DNA of 64,000 bases from the IMG/VR virus record IMGVR_UViG_3300003320_000853. The stretch is one strand, 5' to 3'. This document shows positions 18,477 through 27,271 of this stretch, one piece after another. A model generated the notes under the pieces. It did not search any database, was not told where the DNA came from, and worked only from the letters and a program-made list of their open reading frames with translations. Made by a program: the position numbers and the translations under genes. This DNA is from a virus. Taxonomy: Duplodnaviria > Caudoviricetes. The first letter of the stretch is position 1. Every line of letters begins with the position of its first letter.

Positions 18477-20408
18477 ATGTCGAGTGACTGGGTTGTTCTT
18501 GAGCTTGGGCCCAAGGCCGAGGGTGAAGATCCCGATCTGATCCGGCAGTCGATCCGCCATTTGCTGCGGGACGCCGAGGTGTTCATCCCCGCGATGGTCA
18601 CCCAAGTCGGTGGAGATCGGGTTATTCAGTACCTCCTCGAAGGTTACGCCTTCATCCGGCGCGATCATCCCGATGATAGGTACTACCGGCTGGAGGGCTC
18701 GAAGTACGTCCAATCGATCATTACGCATACGGATCGGTCGAGGTTCCGGCCCTTGCGGCGCATCGCTCCGGTGCCCGAGGCGGAGGTCGTGAGGCTCCGC
18801 CGACAGATCGAGGATCAGGGCAACCAGGGGATCGGCGTCGGCGACACGGTGCTCATCCTCTCGGGTCCGTACCGAAACCTCCGGGCTGAAGTCATCGAAG
18901 ACCTCCCTGAGAAGGATCTCGTCCAGGTCTTCGTCAAGATGCGTTCGAAGGAAGCCATCCTCGGCTTCCCGCGGGCTGGTCTTCGACTCGTCTCGAAGGC
19001 CGAGCGGCCGACGGGGTACTTCGCGGCGGCCCGGGCAGAGATCGGCCGGTGGCTCGACATGGCCCTCCCGCTCGCCCGCTGGGCAATGTCAGACTTCGAA
19101 AGCGTCCTCGCGTTGTTTCGGATGGAGCAGCGCGTCGCCGGGTGGCTGACTGCCGGGCAGCGGTTCACCGCTCTGCTCCGGGGTGCAGCGACCCAGCCCA
19201 ACCCGGCGCCCGTCCAGGATCGATGGGCTCATTTTCGCAGACTTTCCGGGTGGATCTCCGAGGTCCAACGAGGCCTCGGGTTCCTCCGGGCGATGGGATC
19301 TCGGCTCGACGACACGCCGCTCCGGATGCAGGGGCAGAAGGTCGAACGACTTTCTGGATGGGTGGCGCGATGGAACCAGTTGTCAGACTTCGTTCGCGCG
19401 TTCTACAATCCTCCCGCCTTCGCTCCCATCGAGACCCGCTACCTGGAGTGGGTGTGGTTTCAGGATGTCCATGATCGCCTGGAGGGCATGTCCCGGCGGC
19501 TGGCAGCCATCGAGCTTGAGGTCAACAGCATTGCCACCATGCAGAACATCATCATCGACGGGAACAATCTCGCGGTGCGGTGCGGCAAGGCCCCCGGCCT
19601 CGATCAGCTCAAGGACAAGCAAGGGCAACCCACGGGGGTCATTGTTGGCTTCCTGCGGAGTTTGGCCTCACTCCGCAAGCGATATCCGGACGCCAGGATC
19701 TTCGTGTGTTGGGATGGCTCATCCCAGCGAAGGAAAGCGATCTTCCCGGGCTACAAGGAAGGGCGCACGCCCTTCGACGGCTATGCTCAGATTCTGTGGC
19801 TTCGAGATGCGCTTCCGGAGTTCGGGGTCGTTCAAATCTGGAACGAGCAGGAAGAGGCCGACGACGTCATCGCCTCTCTCATTCATCTCAGGCTCTCCGA
19901 CCAGGAGAACATCGTCTACTCCACCGACCGGGACCTCTTGCAACTCGTGTCCGGTACGACGAAGCTCCTCTACCCCAGCATCGCAGGCAAGCCCGAGAAG
20001 CTGTACGATGTCGATGCCGTTCGTCTGGAGTACGGCATCGATCCCTCGAAGATGGTGATGTTCCGTGCCTTCCTGGGAGATACGTCGGACAAGATCCCTG
20101 GCATCCCTCGTCTTCGCGAGAAGACTCTCACCGGCCTCATCCGGATGTATGGATCGCTCGACGGCATCTTTGCCTCGAACCTCCCGGAGCTGACGAAGGC
20201 CGAGCAGGGGAAGATCCGAGCGAGCGAGGGGCAAGTTCGCAAGAACGTCGTCCTCATGACTCTCGTGAACGACCTCCCGTTCACGATGACTCTCGACGCC
20301 GCTCCGAATCGCGCCGTCGCCGAAGACCGGCTTCAAAAAGCGGATGTGAAGTCCGACGCTCTCCTCGGGGTGTTCTTCCCGGAGGAGTCTGCAACCGATC
20401 TTAGCTGA
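18477..20408 (+). CDS. NusG-like (NGN+KOW) domain fused via a Trp-rich linker to a 5'-3' exonuclease/flap endonuclease
   Basis: N-term W..., LLEGYAFI, PVPEAEV, VGDTVLILSGPY; C-term from 19539 IIDGNN, WDG, YK.GR, EADD, TDRD, GDTSDKIPG. Confidence 0.85.
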   Translation: MSSDWVVLELGPKAEGEDPDLIRQSIRHLLRDAEVFIPAMVTQVGGDRVIQYLLEGYAFIRRDHPDDRYYRLEGSKYVQSIITHTDRSRFRPLRRIAPVPEAEVVRLRRQIEDQGNQGIGVGDTVLILSGPYRNLRAEVIEDLPEKDLVQVFVKMRSKEAILGFPRAGLRLVSKAERPTGYFAAARAEIGRWLDMALPLARWAMSDFESVLALFRMEQRVAGWLTAGQRFTALLRGAATQPNPAPVQDRWAHFRRLSGWISEVQRGLGFLRAMGSRLDDTPLRMQGQKVERLSGWVARWNQLSDFVRAFYNPPAFAPIETRYLEWVWFQDVHDRLEGMSRRLAAIELEVNSIATMQNIIIDGNNLAVRCGKAPGLDQLKDKQGQPTGVIVGFLRSLASLRKRYPDARIFVCWDGSSQRRKAIFPGYKEGRTPFDGYAQILWLRDALPEFGVVQIWNEQEEADDVIASLIHLRLSDQENIVYSTDRDLLQLVSGTTKLLYPSIAGKPEKLYDVDAVRLEYGIDPSKMVMFRAFLGDTSDKIPGIPRLREKTLTGLIRMYGSLDGIFASNLPELTKAEQGKIRASEGQVRKNVVLMTLVNDLPFTMTLDAAPNRAVAEDRLQKADVKSDALLGVFFPEESATDLS

Positions 20409-20419
20409 GCGGGGGACAT

Positions 20420-21118
20420 ATGTCGTCGACCGGGTACGTCATCTCTGTGGATCCTGCCAGTCTCGCCAACCGATTCTCCGTGGGAAGGGGGAACGACGAA
20501 GAGGATCTTCTGGTCGAACAGCTAGATTCTTTCCGTAGGGATCCCGAGGGGTTGAAGGAACCCCCAGAATCCGATTCCGTCGAGACCTTCCTTTCTTCGG
20601 GAACGACAGAGGAGAGCTTGGAGCCTCTCCTCGCACGCCTCCCCAAGAGGGAGGCCGATCTCATCTACCTCTACTATATCCAGAAAAAGCGCCAGGCGGA
20701 CATCGCCGAAATCTTCGAGGTCACGCAGGCCGCCATCTCCTATCGTCTCGATCGAGGACTCCAGCGCATCAAGTTCCTGCTGTCGATCCCGCAGCTCACG
20801 GAGGAGGAGATCCGGCACGACCTTCCTCTCCTCTATGTCAACGGCAAGCGGGTCTTCAAGCCCATCGACATCGAGATCCTCGTCGGCATGTGGGAGACGA
20901 CGTGTCAGAGCGAGGTTGCGAACCTCTTGGGTCTCACGCAAGGGCGCGTGCGGCACCGATTCTTCAAGGCGGTCAAGGTGCTGGGGGAGGCCTCCAAGGG
21001 AGATCGCCGGTTCGATCGGTACTACAAGGTCTTCGTCGCCATCTCCGGCAACTTCAACATGCTCCGCGAGGTCAAGCTTCCGCAGTGGGCCGACCGTGGG
21101 GGCGACGCGGTCGGCTGA
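20420..21118 (+). CDS. Sigma-70 region-4-like HTH transcription factor (two HTHs)
   Basis: LPKREADLIYLYY...QADIAEIFEVTQAAISYR and second QSEVANLLGLTQGRVR. Confidence 0.8.
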   Translation: MSSTGYVISVDPASLANRFSVGRGNDEEDLLVEQLDSFRRDPEGLKEPPESDSVETFLSSGTTEESLEPLLARLPKREADLIYLYYIQKKRQADIAEIFEVTQAAISYRLDRGLQRIKFLLSIPQLTEEEIRHDLPLLYVNGKRVFKPIDIEILVGMWETTCQSEVANLLGLTQGRVRHRFFKAVKVLGEASKGDRRFDRYYKVFVAISGNFNMLREVKLPQWADRGGDAVG

Positions 21119-21140
21119 TCGGCGCGAGATCCCTCTCGTT

Positions 21141-21149
21141 TCCTTTTAT
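21141..21149 (+). promoter_or_regulatory. Candidate late-promoter element TCCTTTTAT
   Basis: AT-rich motif recurring before structural genes (36538, 36928, 40278, 53086). Confidence 0.5.
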
Positions 21150-21175
21150 CGTGGGCGCTGGGATGAGGCCGAGCC

Positions 21176-22078
21176 TTGTCCGTTTCCGCGTCCAGCCTGT
21201 CCTTCCAGGACTACCAGTTCAAGATCCAGACCCCTGCGGGGATCTGGAGGTGGACGACCCGCGTCGATCTATCGCTCGCGAACCCTTCCTACCTCGTCCG
21301 CGACGTCATCACGCCTTTCGGGCTGCTCCGTGACATGGTTCCCATCCCGGGGACGGTTGTCCAGGAGATGGCGAACTCGATCTCCCTGCTCCAACAGCAG
21401 TTCGCGCCGAACATGTTGATCTCGCCCACGACCCTCTCCTTCACGGTCGATGAGGGTAGAGGTGTCAGCTCGGCGCAGAGCGTCCAGTTGACGAACAATG
21501 GGGTCTTCGGTTCGCTCCTCGGCGTGAGCCTGACGACGTCGGCGCCCTACATCGCGGTGACGGTACCCTCTGTGGGGGGTCTACCCTCGAATGGTTCCGG
21601 CACGTTCGGGGTGACGGTTGACTCGACTACCCTTGTCGCCGCCAGTAGTCCGTACGCGGGAACGGTGACCCTTCAGGATCCCGCGGCTCTGAACAACCCT
21701 CAGACGATCCCGGTGGCAATTGTCGTCCGGCCTCGGGCCATCATCAGTCTATCGGTGGCTGCGCTCAATTTCGCGGTCACGAAGCCTATTTCCGGTCCGT
21801 TCCCGGGAATTCCTTCGCAGACCTTCACGATCACGAATACGGGCCCGTCGGGATCCGTGCTCGATTATCAGATCGAGCGCCTCTGCGGGTGCTCGGAGTG
21901 GCTCGCGTCTTTCAACCCTCCCACCGGGACGCTGACTTCGAACGCCAGTCAGGTGACAACCGTCGTCGTCCAGCCCCCTTCGAACATGCTGACCGGAACC
22001 TATACGGAGATCCTCCGGGTGAGCGGTTACAGCCTCAACTTCTCCCAGGACGTCACGGTGACTCTCGTCATCTCGTGA
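21176..22078 (+). CDS. Virion protein with two Ig-like (BACON-type) domains
   Basis: ISPTTLSF...Q.V.LTN.G repeated as LNF...SQTFTITNTG; Ser/Thr/Val beta-rich. Confidence 0.65.
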   Translation: MSVSASSLSFQDYQFKIQTPAGIWRWTTRVDLSLANPSYLVRDVITPFGLLRDMVPIPGTVVQEMANSISLLQQQFAPNMLISPTTLSFTVDEGRGVSSAQSVQLTNNGVFGSLLGVSLTTSAPYIAVTVPSVGGLPSNGSGTFGVTVDSTTLVAASSPYAGTVTLQDPAALNNPQTIPVAIVVRPRAIISLSVAALNFAVTKPISGPFPGIPSQTFTITNTGPSGSVLDYQIERLCGCSEWLASFNPPTGTLTSNASQVTTVVVQPPSNMLTGTYTEILRVSGYSLNFSQDVTVTLVIS

Positions 22079-22084
22079 GGAGCT

Positions 22085-22351
22085 ATGCGCGATTTCGATC
22101 TCGGTCAGATCCAGGTGACGGCTTCCTCGGGCCTCGATGCGCTCTTCGAGCAGGAACCTCAGCTCGTCAGGCCGACGCGAAGCATGCGTCGGCGTGTCGC
22201 TTCGCTCCAAGACTTGGACGCGTTCTCTCGCGTCTCGGCGGACACCTTGATCCACAAGAGTGACAAGGATCTCTGGTCGATCGGCAAGGAGGCGGATGGA
22301 TCGTTTTTCATCCAACGCCTCTTCGATGACCGGGAGCCCGTGAAGGGGTGA
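22085..22351 (+). CDS. Hypothetical protein (head module)
   Basis: SD GAGGAG; LIHKSDKDLW segment. Confidence 0.75.
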   Translation: MRDFDLGQIQVTASSGLDALFEQEPQLVRPTRSMRRRVASLQDLDAFSRVSADTLIHKSDKDLWSIGKEADGSFFIQRLFDDREPVKG

Positions 22352-23874
22352 GCATGGAGGTCTACAGGAAGACCCTGGCCGCCCTCGACGAGCATGGTCG
22401 TGCTCGTCGGGCGGAGGTCTATGCTGCGTTCCCCCATCTTCGGACCGCAGCGCAGCCTCCTCCGCCCCCGCCGCCCCAGGATGGAGGCGACCCCACGGCC
22501 ATCCCCAAGATGGGCGGGTCTCCGTTCGGTGAGAACGCGAAGCGCACCATCCCGCAGGACTTCAAGTTCGACCCTCACGCGCTCAAGCCCCTTGTCCAGA
22601 CGCTGTGGGCCATGACGGTTGCCCTCGGGCATGCGCTCACGGCTCACCGGCAGTTCGCGCGGCTCAAGTCCTCGACCATCTCGCCGGATGGGATGCTAGG
22701 CGGGCGCGGCTACATCATGGGGGTCAAGGACGTCCGCCAGCGACTTTTCGAGTCGTGCGAACATCTATCGGCCATCGTCGACACGATCCATGATGAGGTG
22801 AACGCACCCCACTGGAAACCGAAGCTCGGCGAGCTGGAGAAGGGGGAGATCGAAGACCTCAAGGCGCTTCTCTCCGAGGCCGAGGAGAACCTCCAGGATC
22901 CCGAGGGGGATGCGACGGAGGAGATGGAAGCCGTCGAGCATGGCAAGGCACAGTCGTGGGACCCGGCCGGCAAGGATCGCTTCAACCACCCGGGTCCGGA
23001 TGCTTCGGGGATCCCCTCGGGGGGCGATGCGGAGACCTTCCCCCGTGGCGGACCGCATCCTGCAAACCCGCAACATCCGGGGAACAAGATGCCCGGCAAC
23101 CGGCCCGTCAAGCAGGCGTCGGCTGCCTACAACTACGACCGGCGTACGGGGAATTCATCCGTCAATCCCGACACCCTCTCCGGGCCACGTGTCGATCATC
23201 TCGACCGGGCGGACGAGGATCAGCAAGGCCCATTCGGGGCGGTCAATGACGAGCCGCTGTCGATGCACGACCCGTGGAGCCGGGAGCAGGGCATCGGGAA
23301 CAAGAACGACTACTCGCCGAGCCATCTTGCGGAGTCCGGGATCCCCGATGCGGATTCGGACAAGACTCCGACCGAAGGGTACGACTTCGGGATCGGGCGT
23401 GGGGGTGGGAACGACGCCCACGGGCAGGGTGCGGGCGGCTATGGCACCGAGAACCCCTCCTCGGGAGCCTACGGAGTCTTCGGGCCCGCCAGCGGGCTCC
23501 CGCATGATCCGGCCGGCAAGACGAAGGACACCGAGAGTGACTCGACGCCGAGGATCGAGGTCGAGACGGGCGGTGGGTCGAGCGGGATGAACGATGTGCA
23601 AGCGTCGCTCCTTCCGAACGATACGGATCGCCCCGTTGCGCGATCCGACTACTACCGGGGCCCGCGGGGGAATCTCGTAGACACCGGATCGGAGCTTCCT
23701 GGAGACGGTGCGCCGGGAGGATCGGACTCGGGACGGGACATGGAGCCCAACAAGAACGAGCGTCATGAGCAGAGCGCACCCTACACGCTCTGGGATGACA
23801 CGACGCACGAGATGCGGCCCGACTACCTCTACCAGCGGGGCCTAGAGACGGCGCCGTACACGAAGCAAGGATAA
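22348..23874 (+). CDS. Hypothetical head-module protein with long disordered Gly/Asp/Pro tail
   Basis: Coupled start; consistent coding bias. Confidence 0.75.
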   Translation: MSMEVYRKTLAALDEHGRARRAEVYAAFPHLRTAAQPPPPPPPQDGGDPTAIPKMGGSPFGENAKRTIPQDFKFDPHALKPLVQTLWAMTVALGHALTAHRQFARLKSSTISPDGMLGGRGYIMGVKDVRQRLFESCEHLSAIVDTIHDEVNAPHWKPKLGELEKGEIEDLKALLSEAEENLQDPEGDATEEMEAVEHGKAQSWDPAGKDRFNHPGPDASGIPSGGDAETFPRGGPHPANPQHPGNKMPGNRPVKQASAAYNYDRRTGNSSVNPDTLSGPRVDHLDRADEDQQGPFGAVNDEPLSMHDPWSREQGIGNKNDYSPSHLAESGIPDADSDKTPTEGYDFGIGRGGGNDAHGQGAGGYGTENPSSGAYGVFGPASGLPHDPAGKTKDTESDSTPRIEVETGGGSSGMNDVQASLLPNDTDRPVARSDYYRGPRGNLVDTGSELPGDGAPGGSDSGRDMEPNKNERHEQSAPYTLWDDTTHEMRPDYLYQRGLETAPYTKQG

Positions 23875-23877
23875 CCC

Positions 23878-26142
23878 ATGGGTGACCTCGGCAACATCGG
23901 CGCATTCTTGAAGGAGGGGGCGGTCTCGAACCTCGACTGGCTCGACGTGAACGAGCAGGACTATCGAGCGCTCGACAACCTCCCCAAGCAGAACCTCGAC
24001 ATCGCGCCGGACCTTCAGGCCATCTGGGCTCATGAGGATGGCTCTGGACCGGGGAATTTCGTCCCGAACCGGGAGGGGAAGCCCCGAACGATGGGCGACC
24101 TCTCGGAGATCCACGGCCTGCTCCGGGCGAAGCCGGAGGACATCGCCAAGGTGGCTCGTCTTGCGCTCATGCAGTCAGACGACCCGGGGCGGTTCAAGCA
24201 GGCGCTCACGAACCGTTACGACCCGGAGACGCTCCGCGAGAACCGAGATGTTGTGGCGTCTATCCTCGCCGAGCGGGGGCTCCTCGGACGCTTCTACATC
24301 GACTCGTCGGACTTCCCTGGCTGCGACAACGGTTCTCGGCGGGCTTCGGATTTCGTCCGGCGTTTCGCCAACGGCGCTCGGTTCGTCGTGGCGAAGTCTG
24401 CATGCGGTGGGTGCTGCCACAACCAGAAGGGCCCCACGGGCGCAGACACGTGCTCGGTCTTCCACAAGCAGATCCAGGTCGGGGTGCCCTACTCCGACGC
24501 GCTCGCTGCCGAGGTCGAGCAGATGCAGCGGGCCAAGGGCAAGGACGTCCAGGTCTTGGCCGGCGAGGCGCCCAAGGAGCGTATCCGGCTCGCCATGCTC
24601 GCCCCCAATGCCTCGTTCCCCGGGCCGGCAGAGGAGCCGAAGCCTCGGGAGACGGTCGACCGTCTCCTCAAGCCGGTCGTCGAGGTTCCCGAAATCCAAC
24701 CCAAGGTGAACCTTGCCTCCCTCCGGGCGACGGCGAAGGAGCTGGTCGGGCTCGCCCTCCGTAAGGGCAACCTTCCTGTCGTCGAGGCGCAGGATCTCTT
24801 CTTCGCGGTGGCCCACACGGGAGACGCCGAGCATCTCCGGACGATCATCGAGAAGACAGCGGCCATCGCGGACGTCCAGGTTCCGACGCGGGTCTACCAG
24901 GGGATGGGGGAACAGCCGGCGCCGGCCGCAGTCTCTCGGGAGGAGGCTCAGAGCCAGCTCATTGCGGCTTCGAACCTCACGAAGAAGAAGGCCGAGGACA
25001 CGCGGAAGATGCTCGCCGCAGAGAAGGCGAAGCCGATCGTGGCCACGCTTCGGCGGGAGATGCTCAAGGGGCGGAGCCCGGGCGAGCTGTCCAACACGAT
25101 GAAGCATGCCTTCCAGTCGACGGATCTCCAGGCAACGCGCGATCACTGGGGTCCGATCTACCGCGAGGCCGGACTCTACGGAGTCATCTACGCAACTCAG
25201 GACAGCTTCGACGACTGCCGGGTGGGCGCAGACTTCCTCGCGAAGCAGAACCCTGGGATCAAGGCTATCGTCCGCGGCTCGAAATGCGACGGCTGCATCT
25301 ACAACAAGATCGGGCGGTGCCTCCTCTACGGCAAGCCTCTCGTCGCGTCGGCTGACGAAGTTGTCACGTGGGAGACCGCGGAGACGACCCTCCAGAACCA
25401 CAAGGCTGCGGGTCGGATTGTCCCGTGGAGTCCGGCCGCTGTCGCATGGGGTGGGACGCCGCGTGATGCTCTCCAGAATATGCACCGGGAGGCGGCGCAG
25501 AAGGGTGGGCCGACGCAGTCCCAGACGCGCCTCGATGTCGTCCGAGCGTACCACGGGGCAACCAGCTCCTCGGTCAAAACGAGCGACATCACGAAGCGCG
25601 AGATCGCCAAGACGGCTTCACGCTTCATGAACGAGGGCCTCTATGGTCGCGAGCTCCTCGCTGCGCTCAAGGCTCGGTTCGACTCTCGCGATCTCGTCGC
25701 GGCAAAGGACGACCTCAAGCCCGTCATCGCGGAGCAGGGTCTCCAGGGGATCTATTTCGTCGATCCGAGCATCTACGACGACTACGGCAAGGGGTGCGAC
25801 GAGGCTAGCCGTCTTCACCGGGCCCGGCTCATCGAATACGTCAAGGCGGGCGACCGCTGCGGATCGTGCGTTCTCCAGACGCGGCCGGGCTTCTGCTCGA
25901 AGCTCAACAAGGCGCTCGTCGACGAGCCCCCCTACTACGACAAGGCCGCGCAGCAGCGTGAGATCCTGGCTTCCGGTCCCTCGACGGACGTCCCCTTCGC
26001 GAGCCTCATGAACAACGGCCTGTCGATGATGGCTGAGTACGACCTCCAGAACAACCCGATGAGCGTCGAGGTCGACGCGGCAAAGACGGAGATGGACATC
26101 GCCATCGAGTTCGGGGTGGGGGGCCAAGGAGTCCGTCTGTGA
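23878..26142 (+). CDS. Protein with three repeated Cys-rich domains
   Basis: Three copies of E.GL.G..Y/F....F/Y..C ... CxxC ... C....K. Confidence 0.8.
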   Translation: MGDLGNIGAFLKEGAVSNLDWLDVNEQDYRALDNLPKQNLDIAPDLQAIWAHEDGSGPGNFVPNREGKPRTMGDLSEIHGLLRAKPEDIAKVARLALMQSDDPGRFKQALTNRYDPETLRENRDVVASILAERGLLGRFYIDSSDFPGCDNGSRRASDFVRRFANGARFVVAKSACGGCCHNQKGPTGADTCSVFHKQIQVGVPYSDALAAEVEQMQRAKGKDVQVLAGEAPKERIRLAMLAPNASFPGPAEEPKPRETVDRLLKPVVEVPEIQPKVNLASLRATAKELVGLALRKGNLPVVEAQDLFFAVAHTGDAEHLRTIIEKTAAIADVQVPTRVYQGMGEQPAPAAVSREEAQSQLIAASNLTKKKAEDTRKMLAAEKAKPIVATLRREMLKGRSPGELSNTMKHAFQSTDLQATRDHWGPIYREAGLYGVIYATQDSFDDCRVGADFLAKQNPGIKAIVRGSKCDGCIYNKIGRCLLYGKPLVASADEVVTWETAETTLQNHKAAGRIVPWSPAAVAWGGTPRDALQNMHREAAQKGGPTQSQTRLDVVRAYHGATSSSVKTSDITKREIAKTASRFMNEGLYGRELLAALKARFDSRDLVAAKDDLKPVIAEQGLQGIYFVDPSIYDDYGKGCDEASRLHRARLIEYVKAGDRCGSCVLQTRPGFCSKLNKALVDEPPYYDKAAQQREILASGPSTDVPFASLMNNGLSMMAEYDLQNNPMSVEVDAAKTEMDIAIEFGVGGQGVRL

Positions 26143-26600
26143 GCGACCTTTCTCGCCGCGTCCTCGCCCGCTACCTCGCTCGTCGAGAAGCTGCCCTCCG
26201 TGGGAGGACGCACGTGATGGCCTTCCTCGACGACAGCAACTACTTCCGGACGGCCGACGCGGCACCGGGACAGAGGAAGAACGACCAGAAGCTCACGCAG
26301 CCGATCAACAAGCCGAAGGGGATCAACCGCGAGATCGTGAAGGACAACGCCCGCACGGAGGACGAGCATATCGAGGAGACGGCGACGCCCGATCGGAAGG
26401 ACGTTCAGCCGAAGGACGTCTTCGCTCCGACCCCCAGGCATATGAATGTCTTGAACTTCGCCGAGACGGGCAAGGATCAAGATCAGGTGCTCCGAGACTC
26501 TGTCCCGAAGGACAAGGGATGGGACACCGTGAAGAACCTCTCTCAGTACCTTGTCCGAACGGAGGGCGGTGGGGGCACGCCGCCGGTCGGGAAGAAGTAG
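26139..26600 (+). CDS. Hypothetical protein with N-terminal LxxRVxxRY motif
   Basis: MSDLSRRVLARY; SD AAGGAG. Confidence 0.75.
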   Translation: MSDLSRRVLARYLARREAALRGRTHVMAFLDDSNYFRTADAAPGQRKNDQKLTQPINKPKGINREIVKDNARTEDEHIEETATPDRKDVQPKDVFAPTPRHMNVLNFAETGKDQDQVLRDSVPKDKGWDTVKNLSQYLVRTEGGGGTPPVGKK

Positions 26601-26608
26601 GAGGCGCT

Positions 26609-27268
26609 ATGTCGGCCGCCAAGGAAGAGATCGTGAAGGACAACGAAGACAGGGCAACCGATGAGACCGACCCGGGTGCAGACCCCGTGGAGGACATCTC
26701 CATCGAAACCCCCAGCAACGTGCATCGGCTCCCGCTGCACACCATCGCGGATGCCAAGGGTAACATCTCGGTGAAGCGCGCCCGGGGACGGCCGAAGACC
26801 GTATCCCGGAAGCCGGACATCTCCGACCTCGAATATCACGCGGAGATGAGCGAGGAGAAGCGGAAGTTCGTCGATAACGACCCCGTCGTGATCGCGACCT
26901 CGAAGCCGCATCACGAGGCGCTCCCCATGCTCCGGGTCATCGCTTCGGAGATTGCTCGGGAGCAGGCCGCTCTCGCTTTTCAGCGGATCGAGAACGAGAA
27001 GCTCGGCAAGGATACCGCTCAGGTGTCCAGCCGGCGCGTCGAGGCGCTCACGAAGATCGCCAACATCGAGCTGGAGATGAAGAAGCTCGGGACGGACATC
27101 ATCGACTTCCGTAGTGAGAAGTTTGCCAAGGTCTTCCAGATGTGGGTCGAATCTATCCGCGAGGTCGCGGAGGAGGTCATGCCCGCCGAACTGATCGACT
27201 TGTTCTTCAACCGTCTCTCGACGAAGCTCGAAGGGTGGGAGGACAAGGCCGCGGATCTCACGAGGTAG
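26609..27268 (+). CDS. Probable terminase small subunit
   Basis: Directly upstream of TerL; AT-hook-like RARGRP; helical; SD AGGAGG. Confidence 0.5.
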   Translation: MSAAKEEIVKDNEDRATDETDPGADPVEDISIETPSNVHRLPLHTIADAKGNISVKRARGRPKTVSRKPDISDLEYHAEMSEEKRKFVDNDPVVIATSKPHHEALPMLRVIASEIAREQAALAFQRIENEKLGKDTAQVSSRRVEALTKIANIELEMKKLGTDIIDFRSEKFAKVFQMWVESIREVAEEVMPAELIDLFFNRLSTKLEGWEDKAADLTR

Positions 27269-27271
27269 TCT

